A stretch of 64,000 bases of DNA from Syncephalis fuscata S228 (Eukaryota; Fungi; Zoopagomycota). Location: contig JAHLTZ010000003.1 in assembly GCA_025786725.1 (NCBI GenBank), positions 186,001 through 250,000 on the forward strand. Reading direction: 5' to 3'. Of the stretch, positions 37,489-48,941 are shown one piece after another (position 1 is the first letter of the stretch; each line of letters starts with the position of its first letter). Under the pieces are notes generated by a model. It did not search any database. It was given only the letters and a program-made list of their open reading frames with translations, and was not told where the DNA came from. Both the position numbers and the translations under genes were made by a program.

Positions 37489-39790
37489 ATGGTGAGCCAA
37501 ATCAGCTTGCGTGCCGCCATCGCTTTAGTAGTGTCGGCCACTACTCTTTGCGGCGCCGCGGTTACTAACATTCCGGAGATAAACTCGGCTATGGCAACAA
37601 CAGTCCCAAAAGTCAACACCGGTAACACGTTTGACAAACTACCAACCAACATGCCAGCTGGAGTCGAAGAGGACGAGGCCGTAGAACCAAAGACCTTCAA
37701 GATGGTACAGCACCCATCTGCCGACAACGTTGAGGATGATGCAGTCGAAGAAGCCGAAACTGCTGAAGAAGCTGCGTTGCGACGCCTGCTACGATTGGCC
37801 ACCAAGCCAACCTACACTCGTGCACCAGCCCCGGCTCCAACGACACGACCAACGTATGCCCCGGCTCCTAAGCCAACCTATAAGAAGCCATCTCCTCCAC
37901 CAACTCCTTACAAACCAACCTACAAAAAGCCATCTCCTCCACCAACTTCTTACGAGCCAACCTATAAGAAGCCATCTCCTCCACCAACCGCTTACGAGCC
38001 AACCTACAATGGTCAAAGCCATAATGAGGATACAGAGAAACCTTACGAACATGGTAAAGAGGAGCATGGTAAAGAGGAGCATGGCAATGAAGAACACGGT
38101 CATGAAGAATATGACAATCATGAAGAGCATGGCAATGAAAAATACGGCAATCGTGAAGAGCACGGTCATGAAGAACATGGCAAGGAAAAATACGGTAACC
38201 GTGAAGAACATGGTCATGAAGAACATGGCAAGGAAAATACGGCAACCGTGAAGAGCACGGCCATGAAGAACATGGCAAGGAAAAATACGGTAACAGTGAA
38301 GAGCACGGCCATGAAGAGCACAGCAATGAAAATATGGCAATCATGAAGAGCATAAGCCAGAGTACAAGCCAGAGTACAAGCCAGAGTATAAGCCAGAGTA
38401 TAAGCCAGAGAAGCCAGAGTATAAGCCAGAGTATAAGCCAGAGAAGCAGTACAAGCCAGAGTATAAGCCAGAGTATAAGCCAGAGTACAAGCCAGAGTAT
38501 AAGCCAGAGTATAAACAGAGTATAAGCCAGAGAAGCCAGAGTATAAGCCAGAGTATAAGCCAGAGTATAAGCCAGAGTATAAGCCAGAGTACAAGCCAGA
38601 GTATAAGCCAGAGTACAAGCCAGAGTATAAGCCAGAGTACAAGCCAGAGAAGCCAAGTATAAGCCAGAGTATAAGCCAGAGTATAAGCCAGAGTACAAGC
38701 CAGAGTACAAGCCAGAGTACAAGCCAGAGTATAAGCCAGAGTATAAGCCAGAAACTCCGGAGTACAAGCCGGAGTACAAACCAGAGTACAAGCCAGAGTA
38801 TAACCAGAAGAATCTTATGGTGGCTATTACTACTCAGCACCTCCTGCTAACTTCCCTCCTGCTTCCCCCTGCTGGTTTCCCACCTTCCTATCCTCCTGCT
38901 AACTTCCCTCCTGCCATTCCTCCTGCCGGCTTCCCTCCTGCGCATTACTACAAGCCAGAGCATAAGCCAGAGTATAAGCCAGAGTATAAGCCAGAATACA
39001 AGTCAGCGTACAAGGCGGATTATAAGCCAGAGTATAAGTCAGAAGAATCTTATGGTGGCTATTACTACTCAGCACCTCCTGCTAACTTCCCTCCTGCTTT
39101 CCCTCCTGCTGGCTTCCCACCTTCCTATCCTCCTGCTAACTTCCCTCCTGCCTTCCCTCCTGCCGGCTTCCCTCCGCGCATTACTACAAGCCAGAGCACA
39201 AGCCGGAGCACAAGCCAGAATACAAGCCAGAATACAAACCAGAGTACAAGCCAGAGTACAAGCCAGAGTATAAGCCAGAGTATAGACCAGAGCACAAGCC
39301 AGAGTATAAGCCAGAGTATAAGCCAGAGTATAGACCAGAGCACAAGCCAGAATACAGACCAGAATACAGACCAGAATACAAGCCAGAATACAAGCCAGAA
39401 TACAGACCAGAATACAAGCCAGAGTATAAACCAGAGTATAAACCAGAGCCATATGCTCCAACTCTACCAAGCATCTCTAGCAATAGAAAGCCATATGCTG
39501 AAATAAACCAGGCAAGTGAACAACATCGTTGTGGCTGGGGAGAGGTTGTAGGCCCATCTTGCGCTTCTGGGTATAACTGCGTGCACAATCCCAGCATCAG
39601 TGTTCAGGGAGTCTGTGCATTGCCAAAAGCAGTCTTCTCTGATGCTGGTGGGCGTTGCAGTAAAAATCCAGACGCTGATCGTGGCTGTCTCCCCGGTCTT
39701 AGCTGTAAATTTTTAAAATCATCTGACTTACGCGGTATTTGCATGCGTAGTTCTGATCGCTCGGCCTTAACTAGTTTCTCATCTGCATAA
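37489..39790 (+). CDS. Secreted extensin-like repeat protein: KPTY/SPPP, His-Glu-Gly and (YKPE)n blocks plus C-terminal Cys modules
   Basis: GCCACCATGG start context, TATA near 37306, signal peptide, 12-bp ccagagtayaag arrays and two C-x9-C-x5-C-x11-C modules. Indels in the repeats split the ORF. Confidence 0.85.
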
Positions 39791-40231
39791 CGAATGCAGC
39801 TGTTTAAATCTAAATATTCAAGTGGATCCTCTATTATGGCTTGACAGTTTAGAGTGCAATAAACATTTTGTTAGCTTGAACACTTGTACAAACAAGGCTT
39901 TATATTATTACACTACAAGTATGCAATACTAACGACATAAATAGCTTATTTTATTGGATTCAGCAGAGTGATAAGTAAATTAAATAGAAATACAATATAT
40001 ACATTATAAGCTACGTTGAATAACAACTTATTGGTAACACGTACAGTACATTAGCTAATTGCTTGTTCTATGGGTTGCAATTAATTACATATATTAGCAC
40101 AACTATTAATGTCGTTTATGATAACTATAGGCTAATACTTGTATAAACTTAATGTTATATAACATTACCACTAACTTGCAACAATACATTACATTAAAGT
40201 CGTTTATTAGCAATGGTTTTTGTTTTTATTA

Positions 40232-40830
40232 ATCATTTAATAACATTCGCGCAATTGAATTACATTTTCGTTCTATTGAACATAGGGACTGGGTGGTGAG
40301 TTCTATTAATAATTACATTATTACATGTAATGTGATTTAGTAGTCAAATGACTAACATTTAATAATATTAAATCTATTGAACATGATGATGGATGGTGAG
40401 TGGCATCAATCATCAAATACTCATTATTGTAGATTTATTATTCAGTATACATACATCCACCATTTACTTACATCATTCCCATCCCGTTCCACGCTATTAT
40501 ATATCATTTTATGATATACTAGATACATTTTATACCATATTAGGCACGTTTTGCTCAGTATAGCTTTTAATAAACTTTATTCATTCCACTTATTGCGTCA
40601 TATGCACTATACCTTCAACACGCAATTTATACTCGCTCTATTACATATTCTTTCTATCATATATTATTTTATACTCTCCTAGCCTTCCTTTATCCAAAAC
40701 TGCTTTTATTCTCGCTCTAGCTCTATTATTTGTGAACTTCAGCGTATTTGCTCATCTCGTTCATTAGTCTATATGCGCTCTGATTTCAACACCGCTAATC
40801 GACTCTCTACTTTGTAGATTCATTCTATTA
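40232..40830 (+). repeat. Dispersed repeat family B, copy 3
   Basis: Colinear with 16630-17200. Ends in a degenerate signal-peptide-like segment KTAFILALALLFVNFSVFAHLVH*. Confidence 0.85.
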
Positions 40831-41606
40831 TTTATCATTTTATTATACAATAACTACGCCCTATCCAGATTTACTGGAGTCAGCGCAATTATAACGATGA
40901 CAGGTGCACTCATTACTGTATAGTGCAGACTATATGCAGTACACTTGTTTATTTCCCATTGCCTTCCATTACTTCACACACTATACTCTTTCTTTCTATT
41001 TCTTACTTGCAATCTATATTCTTTATCTTCTACATCCCATAACAACTACGACGGTAAGTAGTCCCCGCTATATGCATGTCACACTTGAGTTAGTCTTTTC
41101 TATTATTCGTACCGTCATGCTTGTTTTGTTGCTATTACCCCGCTGAATATGATCTCATTGTCTACAGTACACAGCTTGTATGTATGCTAGTCATCTACAC
41201 TATATGCTTTCTTATTTTGCTAATATTTATTGTTTAATGCGCTGCGCTGCTTTATCTCTTGCTACAGCTATTAAATAACAGCTTGTATATATACACAATA
41301 TATGCATACACTATTGAATAATAATCTTATTCTATAGTTGCATGTAGATTACATCACACTGCTTACGTATGTTTTTATTGCTATACATCGAATCATTGAT
41401 ATATAGCTTTTATTGCATTGCACTGATACTGATAATAATAGTAATGACTGTACTGATAGATTACATACATATACTATTATTATTATGTACATGCGTTTGA
41501 TTTATGCATGATGCAATCCTATAGCGCATATGTAACCAAATAATCATTTTTGGTAGCTTTTACGTAAAAAAATTACGAACGACCTGCAAAAAACTGCCTT
41601 CACTTC

Positions 41607-41725
41607 AACTACGTTCATTGCGCCTAGAAAGCACCGGATCCCGTCTGATCTCCGAAGTTAAGTTAGGCCGCGCTTCTGTAGTACTGCGGTGGGGGACCAC
41701 GCGGGAATGAGAAGTAATGTAGTTT
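41607..41725 (+). rRNA. 5S rRNA gene (solitary, outside the rDNA unit)
   Basis: 119 nt. Helix I AACTACGTT pairs with AATGTAGTT and helix II GCGCCTAG with TTAGGCCGC. Conserved GATCCCGTC.GATCTCCGAAGTTAAG and TAGTACTGCGGTGGGGGACCACGCGGGAA blocks. Confidence 0.93.
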
Positions 41726-41732
41726 AAACGAA

Positions 41733-41804
41733 TCCGCATTCGTCTAGTGGTTAGGATATGGCGCTCTCACCGCCAGGGCCGGGGTTCAATTCCCCGATGC
41801 GGAA
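41733..41804 (+). tRNA. tRNA-Glu (anticodon CTC)
   Basis: Acceptor stem TCCGCAT/ATGCGGA+A, D loop TAGTGGTTAGGAT, anticodon arm TGGCG-CTCTCAC-CGCCA, T arm CGGGG-TTCAATT-CCCCG. Confidence 0.95.
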
Positions 41805-41830
41805 TTTTGCTCCAGTTTACTCTTATTTTT
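41805..41830 (+). terminator. Pol III oligo-T terminator(s)
   Basis: TTTT directly after the tRNA and TTTTT at 41826-41830. Confidence 0.65.
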
Positions 41831-42800
41831 GCTGTTTTAAATTGCTTTTTGCTACTGCAGATTGTTGCGCGAGACAAAAATGGCTTTTTTACGTTTAGAT
41901 CGCTAAATTAGCAAAACAATTGTGTAATTTTATTTAATAAATACGACTGTTACAATATTTTACTTAATTATTATGTCTTATTTTGGAATCATTGCACGTG
42001 TATTATAAATAAATTAAATAACGTAACAATATAACAGCGACTATTTTGTAATTAAACTAAACGTGTAATAGTTTTAAATTGAATTATAATAATCAACTAA
42101 AATGTTGTAATATTGTAGCTGTAATAAATGTAATTATTAAATCAACACCAGCATGAATAAAACAATAATAGCTTGTTAGAATAATTAATGCACTAGGTAT
42201 TTAGAATATACAGTTTATTTGTTTGTCAACAGCCTAGTGTATACTTTATTTGATTACTATTGTTTTGAATATGAATAGATAATGAATAGTGTTTGTATTT
42301 TATCATTTAAACAGCTAGTGCAGTATCGGTAATAATAATAGCAGCAATGCAAGGACTAGCTGACGTTGACCTTGTTAAAGTCAGTAGCCAAAGTAAGGCC
42401 TATTTAATAATTAGATTAAGTTTCAACAAATGATATCGCTTGTTGACGACGTGGGCGCGGCAGGGGAAGCACGATTCTATCGATCCAGCTGTAACAGCAG
42501 TATATACACTGTGACGTGTCATCAAGCGGCTTGTCTAGCAAACAACTGCCTTAATGGGAAATATACTATAAGCACGCTCATTGGACGGCCAAAGATATAA
42601 GAAGCCAAGGCAGAACGTATCGCATTGTTCACCCCCTATTGTTCATCTATCTATCTATCTACTATCTACTATCCACTATCTACTATCCACTATCTACTAG
42701 CTTTTCCTTAAATACGCAACATTTCATTTGTGTAGTATTGCTACTCTATTCTCTTTTCTATTTCCTTAAAACACCAAATTACTGCTAGTTATTGACTACA

Positions 42801-43100
42801 ATGACTGCCACATATTCCAAAGCTGATATTAAGCGGCACAATGACTCTGGCAAGCTATTGATTATTATTGATGGCCGAGTCTATGATTTAACCGAATTTG
42901 CAAATGACGTATGTGCTTATTTCCGAATAAACAAATAAGAACAAACTAACGTACAATTATAATAATAGCACCCTGGTGGCGACGATATTCTTAGAGAACA
43001 TACAAACATGGATGCTACCGAAGCGTTCAACGACGTTGGCCATCCTAAAGAAGTGCTAAAAGAACGAGAAGATTTTTTTATTGGGAACTATAAAGGCTAA
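42801..43100 (+). CDS. Cytochrome b5-like heme-binding protein (79 aa, no tail anchor)
   Basis: Exons 42801-42908 and 42969-43100: IIIDGRVYDLTEFAND|HPGGDDIL...DATEAFNDVGHP...FFIGNYKG*. Confidence 0.92.
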
Positions 43101-43219
43101 ACTGGCGACTTGCCAACCAGTTACTTTATTTGATGCTATAAATATATTAAATTAAAGCTGCTTCCAAGTGTGTACAGCAAATATTGTGTGTTTATTAAAA
43201 TGTAAATGGTCTAAAGCTT

Positions 43220-43252
<33 letters not shown>

Positions 43253-43408
43253 GTCTACTATGTCACCACAGTATTATTGTTATCGCTTTCACCTTTTTGT
43301 ATTTCATTGTATTACTGACTGAATTTAAATATTACGCACAAACCTGTGTCCTTTATTCATTCTCTTCTGCTTCTTTACTGTTCGCGGTCGTTATCTGCAG
43401 TGTACGTC

Positions 43409-44946
43409 ATGCCTAACGTGCCTAATCATACTTTACGAGGTATTTAACCTTAGTGTTTGGCAAGCTGTTTTGTTTTGACTGTACCTGTCTATTTAGCAAA
43501 TCAGTGGCAAACGCCATCGCCCGATCGTTCATTTGAACAAGAGCACGGACGTACGTTTACTCCTCGTATATCTGGGCCTTTCGACTATGACGATGACAAT
43601 TTTTCGGTAAGAGGCGATCCGGACGACCAATATTCGGAAGAACCGTTACTGGACCAACTTGGCTATCCGCCCCATGATGATATGGAACGTGGTAACTAGC
43701 TGGACAATATACTACCATTTAGTTCAGATTAATCTTAATGCTGTCGACTGTATTTTGATAGAAATGAGCCTTTGTACACGATATGCCAGACTCTTTCGTG
43801 CTTTCCTGTTTGTTCTTTTGATCAGTGGTGTAGTTGTATTTGTAGCATTCAAGGTAGGCAACACGGCTGTTATTAGATAGCACGAGTAATAAGTACATAA
43901 TGACATTTAATACAGGAGAACAACGATCGTTTATTTAATACATGTTCAATGGCTGATGAACTGCATCCTGGCTCTGGAAGCTATACACATGATGCAAGGG
44001 ATATTAAAGGAATTGTTATTGAAGTTGATGGTGCATCAGCTGTAAGTATTTTAGTTGCCATTTAGTATATGTAGTTATTTAAACACGGTAAAACATAGAC
44101 ATCATTTGTACGTATTCGCTCAAGGGAAGTACAAGAGCAAGATCAAGGTGTTCCTACGTTGACTGTGCATGCTAAAGTGCTGGTCTCTAACACACTGCTG
44201 GTTGAACGTACCCGCGTCAGAACGAGCCGAGATGGCAATATATTTATGATGCACGTTGATGTAAATAACCGGCCATAATGACGACTTTACACCACTAATG
44301 GCTATTTGCATTAGGTACCAAAACAATATTTGTTTTATAAATGTGTACGCACTGAAATTGAGCTTGTATTGCCGCGAATATCACCGGCACTACATGTACT
44401 ACGTCTTGAAATGACCAACGCCGATATCACTATGGATCCATCGGCAATTCATGCCAAAATTGAAAACTTTGATATTTATGCACAAAATGCTCGTGTATCA
44501 TTAGATGTAAGTAAAATAGGTGCCTTTTTTATTAATGAACACTAATGCCACACATATCATTATAGTCATTAAATGCAACTGCTGCAGCTGTTGGTGTTCA
44601 CCGTGGCTCGTTAAACGCTACCATTTGGGGACCAGAGATTGTACACATGAATGTGGCCCAAGGCCCTGTAAATATCTCCATTCCAACCTATGGAAGTACG
44701 CAGCCTACAGTACGTGCCGAAAGTACTGATGGCCAGGTAACAGTCCATATGGGTACCGGGTTTGCCGGATGGTTTGTTGCATCGGCCTATCGTGCTGTAG
44801 CCGCGGTTCGATCGGCTCTTAATACCCGAATTAGTTTACATACAACTGCACTGCAGTTGAAGACGGGATGGTGCGGCTACTCGGGGGGAGAAGGCCGCAT
44901 TGAGGCCGATTCCATGACAGAAAGCGTGGGGATCTCATTTTCTTAA
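43409..44946 (+). CDS. Type II membrane protein with DUF4097/adhesin-like ectodomain, multi-exon
   Basis: Acidic N-terminus, TM LFRAFLFVLLISGVVVFVAF, and a beta-rich C-terminus (AESTDGQVTVHMGTGFAGWF...GRIEADSMTESVGISFS*) comparable to the end of 14337-16421. Confidence 0.65.
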
Positions 44947-45224
44947 ATTAAAGAGCTATTGAACTTTGAACCCCTATTCTTAAACTGGGGACAAAAAGAT
45001 CCATAACTCGAATATTAAGCCGCCAATTACTTTTTGATACTGAGAATTGCTATTTGTTGAAGCGGCGCTATATCCGATTAATTCAAGTGAAGCTGAATCA
45101 GTCCACACTATTTTCAATATCCAATATTAGTGTTAATAAATGTTAAATAGTATCTCATGTTACTTACAATAAAATATGATAAATAGATAAATGATAGCAA
45201 TGAATAAATAATAATCTATATTGT

Positions 45225-45315
45225 TGTTATTGTAAAATACTCAAATTATTATAATTTGATATTTAATGCCACTCACCATCGATTATATGTTCAATAGATT
45301 AAATAGTATTAAAAT
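45225..45315 (-). repeat. Dispersed repeat family B, copy 4 (short)
   Basis: Reverse complement aatctattgaacatataatcgatggtgagtggcattaa matches 40371-40410. Confidence 0.7.
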
Positions 45316-45784
45316 TAAAAGTTAAAAATGAAATGGTACATATTATGTATATATTAGCGCAACGGCACTAGCACAATCAAATAGAACAATTAACTAGATA
45401 ATTATTGATATTATTGCTAAAATAACTAACATGATTGTAATTGTAGTGAATGTAACTCATTGTAATATGTTAATATTCAATCAATCTTTCTACACATAAC
45501 TAACAATAACAATGATCGACCTTGAATGTTCCAATGAAATCAAATAGTGTGTTACATTCTTTATTTAAAACAATTTATTAATAGCATTTTAATAAGAAGC
45601 AATATAATTATATTGCTTATAACAATAGCATGGCTTCAATTGGGACGAATTTTACTTTGGAAACTCAAAATAGAAGGTACAAAGTAAAATTAATATTAAT
45701 TAATAAGTCAAGTTTACCATTTTGCCTTTCTTTCGCGCTTTAGTTTGTTACCGCTTTTACTGATTTTAATCTTCAGACGGCAAT

Positions 45785-47496
45785 ATGTCGTCACAATTTA
45801 CTAGCGGAACGCTTAAACAGGATGGACCGCTAGCATCAGTAGTCGTTAATGATATCCACGAGGCTACCACTGACGACGATGACGCGAGTATAAGTGATTT
45901 TGCTAAAGACTTGAGTCGTCATCGTCGTCTACAAACAACACCTCATTATAGCGAGAAGACTGAGCGTAATTGCTGGTCTAATGGCATGGAAATATGGCAT
46001 GCACAAATGACCAATATATTCTTTATTCTTTGTTGGTAAGTAGATGAGTGTTGTTATGATATCTAGACTAGACAAATGACCGGGCCATTTGCCAATTATT
46101 CTTTATAGGTACACACTGTCTACATTTCTATCTCTTTATAACAAATGGATGTTTGATCCAAACAAGTATGGATTCCACTATCCGCTGTATACAACTAGCA
46201 TGCATCAGATTATTCAGTTTGTATTATCACTGATCTGTCTTGCAATATGGCCACATTTACGTCCTCGTCATATGATGGGTGTCAGGGAGTTTTGGTAATA
46301 TTTATTAATAAGTTACATAGACTCATCGGCTAATAGTTGCTTTATTATTTGTCTAGTAAACGTGTGGTGCCATGCGCTGTGGCCACCGGCTTGGATATTG
46401 GTCTTTCAAACTCTAGTCTAAAAACCATTACGTTATCGTTTTATAGTAGGTTATGGAAGAGTAATTGTATTTATCAAATAACTAATCAATTTGATAGCCA
46501 TGTGTAAATCATCTAGTTTAGCATTTGTTTTGATATTTGCATTTATATTTCGGCTGGAGCAGCCGCGGCTATCGTTGGTGGCCGTCATCTCTATTATTTC
46601 AATCGGCGTTTTAATGATGGTGTCAAGCGAGACGGATTTCGAGCTTACAGGGTAATTAATTGGCTTGCTATTGCGATCGATAGGTTAAATAGTGGTAGAT
46701 TTATTCAAGTTATGCTTGCATCATTAATGGGTGGTCTACGCTGGTCACTCACTCAGATGCTTTTACGTCCAAAAGCATCACAAGCGATGTCATCGGCATC
46801 CCATCAACAAATTGAGCCATCGGATGATCGTCGTTTATCTGTAAGCTCCAATAGACCGGGTAATGCGCGTGGACATGGACACCAACATCCGGTGGCATCA
46901 GTAATGCTACTTTCTCCGGTCATGGCCGTGTGTCTACTGGTTGTAGCCATTTGTCTCGAGCATAGTATGTTCTCTTCGGTCTATTTCACATCTTTCTGGA
47001 CTACCATACGTACTATTGGCTATATGTCGTTGGGCGGGTTTATTGCATTTCTTATGGTGGTATCCGAGTTTATTGTTATTCGTAGAATCGGTGTTGTTAC
47101 CCTTTCAGTATGCGGTATCGTTAAAGTAAGTAGTCGTAGTTGAAATTTGTTGATACGCTATTTAATCTTTACTGTGTGTATTAGGAAGTGCTGACGATCG
47201 TACTGTCGACACTAATCTTTGGTGATCGTTTAACACTAATTAACATTGTTGGTCTAGGCGTGACCATGATCGGTATTGGCATGTACAATTGGCTTAAGAT
47301 TCGGCAACAAGCCGCGGAAGATGAGGCTGCTTATGTCGAGGGATATCGACAGGTAGTTGAACGGACATTTGATGAAGATGCTGTGTATTTTGCAACTGCA
47401 GATGCACTCGACGAGGACGATAGTGACTACAACGATGATGTAGAGCTACCGATAAAGCTTGCTGACCGTAGACACGTTCCACAGGGCGATGTTTGA
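45785..47496 (+). CDS. Triose-phosphate/nucleotide-sugar transporter family protein (SLC35C2/YMD8-like)
   Basis: [84 protein letters not shown] and [15 protein letters not shown] across GT-AG introns. Confidence 0.92.
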
Positions 47497-47895
47497 CCTT
47501 GTCACGGTTCCAAATGGTTAATTTGCATTATTCAATGAACATTGTGGTTTAAACTGTGTTCACTAGCATTGTTTTGTTATTGATTTTAATTTTTAGGTAA
47601 AATAGAATGTTATATTTTGTAAATAGTTAAGATTAATTTAATTTACTGATACTATTTTATTTTTATAGAGTTTAAAAGCAAAATTTTATATTATACATGA
47701 GCAACGCAAAAGTGTATGCGTTGAATTTAGATAGGCCTATCAGCAAATAATAATAATAATATTGATTCTAATAAAACTGTTCAACATTATAATCATTTTC
47801 TTGATAGTAGCTAAGTGAGAGGAAAATGAAAATGGTTGCTTAGTTAAACAACTCTTATAAATGTGTAAATGTGTAAAGGTGCAGATGTAAGATGA

Positions 47896-48941
47896 TTAAT
47901 ATTTTGCTGGGCGGAAATATTCAAATGTTTGTCGATTGGTGTTTGCTATGCCGATGAGTCCTGCATCTCGACTGAGTGGACGACCATAAATCGGTGCCTC
48001 AAGTGTTGCCGATCTAAGCGTGCCTGGTAGTGTGCTTTCGCCAAATACTATTGGACCGCCAGTAGAGACTCGTAGTAATGTGTTTTTTTCTATGCTTAGT
48101 TGCCGTTCTTTTTCTCTCATTTCATATTTGCCATCATTCCTTAGCATTAAACAAATAAAAGTTGAGGTAATGGCCGCTATCAAATGCAGACATTGTTAGA
48201 CCAATGACTAATAATGTCTATTTCATGTAACTTACATTCTGCTGCAAATAAGCTGTTATTATAGTTGCCATCCGAGTTCCAGATGGCCATCATTGTGACG
48301 ATGATTCCCGTCAATGTGACGTATAATGCAGTTGGTATTCCTTCCTTTATTACTATGCTATTTGGTGACAAGTTGTCTGACTCGCTTATAATTGTCTTTA
48401 ACGTGCTAAAGTAAATGCCCGAAAAGGTAATTAAAACAAATAGATAAGTAAAAAGTCTGGTTATAAGCCATTCTGGATCATGACGAATAATGCAGGTCCG
48501 TTCGGCGTGCACTTCTATTCTTGCCTCGGTATAATAGCCTATGCCTATGTAGATGCTGACCGACATCCAGACTAGACATAGAAAATAGATAATCTTGCTA
48601 TGCGGAGAGCTGCGTAAGGTTCGCTGAAATAGTGAGCCGGTAATAGTGAACGTGCAAAGGATCATTGATATGATGCAGCCCAACATTCTACTTTTGCATT
48701 CAACATTGAATATGTCTGTTTTTTGTAAAAGAATGATTATAGAATGTACAGCGCCAAACGCTGCTTCCAATAGGAAGGCAGTTGTTAAAAGACGTAATCC
48801 TTGCTGGCGCACCATTTTAAACATCATCCATCCGTTGGCGAGATGGCGAAGTAGTATGAGGTATGTAACTGCTGTGGTCAGAAACATATAAAGTAATATC
48901 TCATGCGAAATGGAAATATCATCATCGTTGTAGTCTTCCAT
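47896..48941 (-). CDS. Orphan 7TM (GPCR-like) membrane protein
   Basis: A 253-aa exon with six to seven hydrophobic segments, Cys in the predicted extracellular loops (FNVEC, ERTCII), a W at the start of TM5 and an intron in TM7, as in the 10-12 kb pair. Confidence 0.72.

Noticed and set aside
38349-39450. CRISPR-like or telomere-like array
   Set aside because: Head-to-tail 12-bp coding repeats with no unique spacers and no cas genes; eukaryotic context.
37789-39597. Long antisense and alternate-frame ORFs (YSGL, LWLI, SQSI repeats)
   Set aside because: Shadows of the 12-bp YKPE coding repeat, which lacks stops in other frames.
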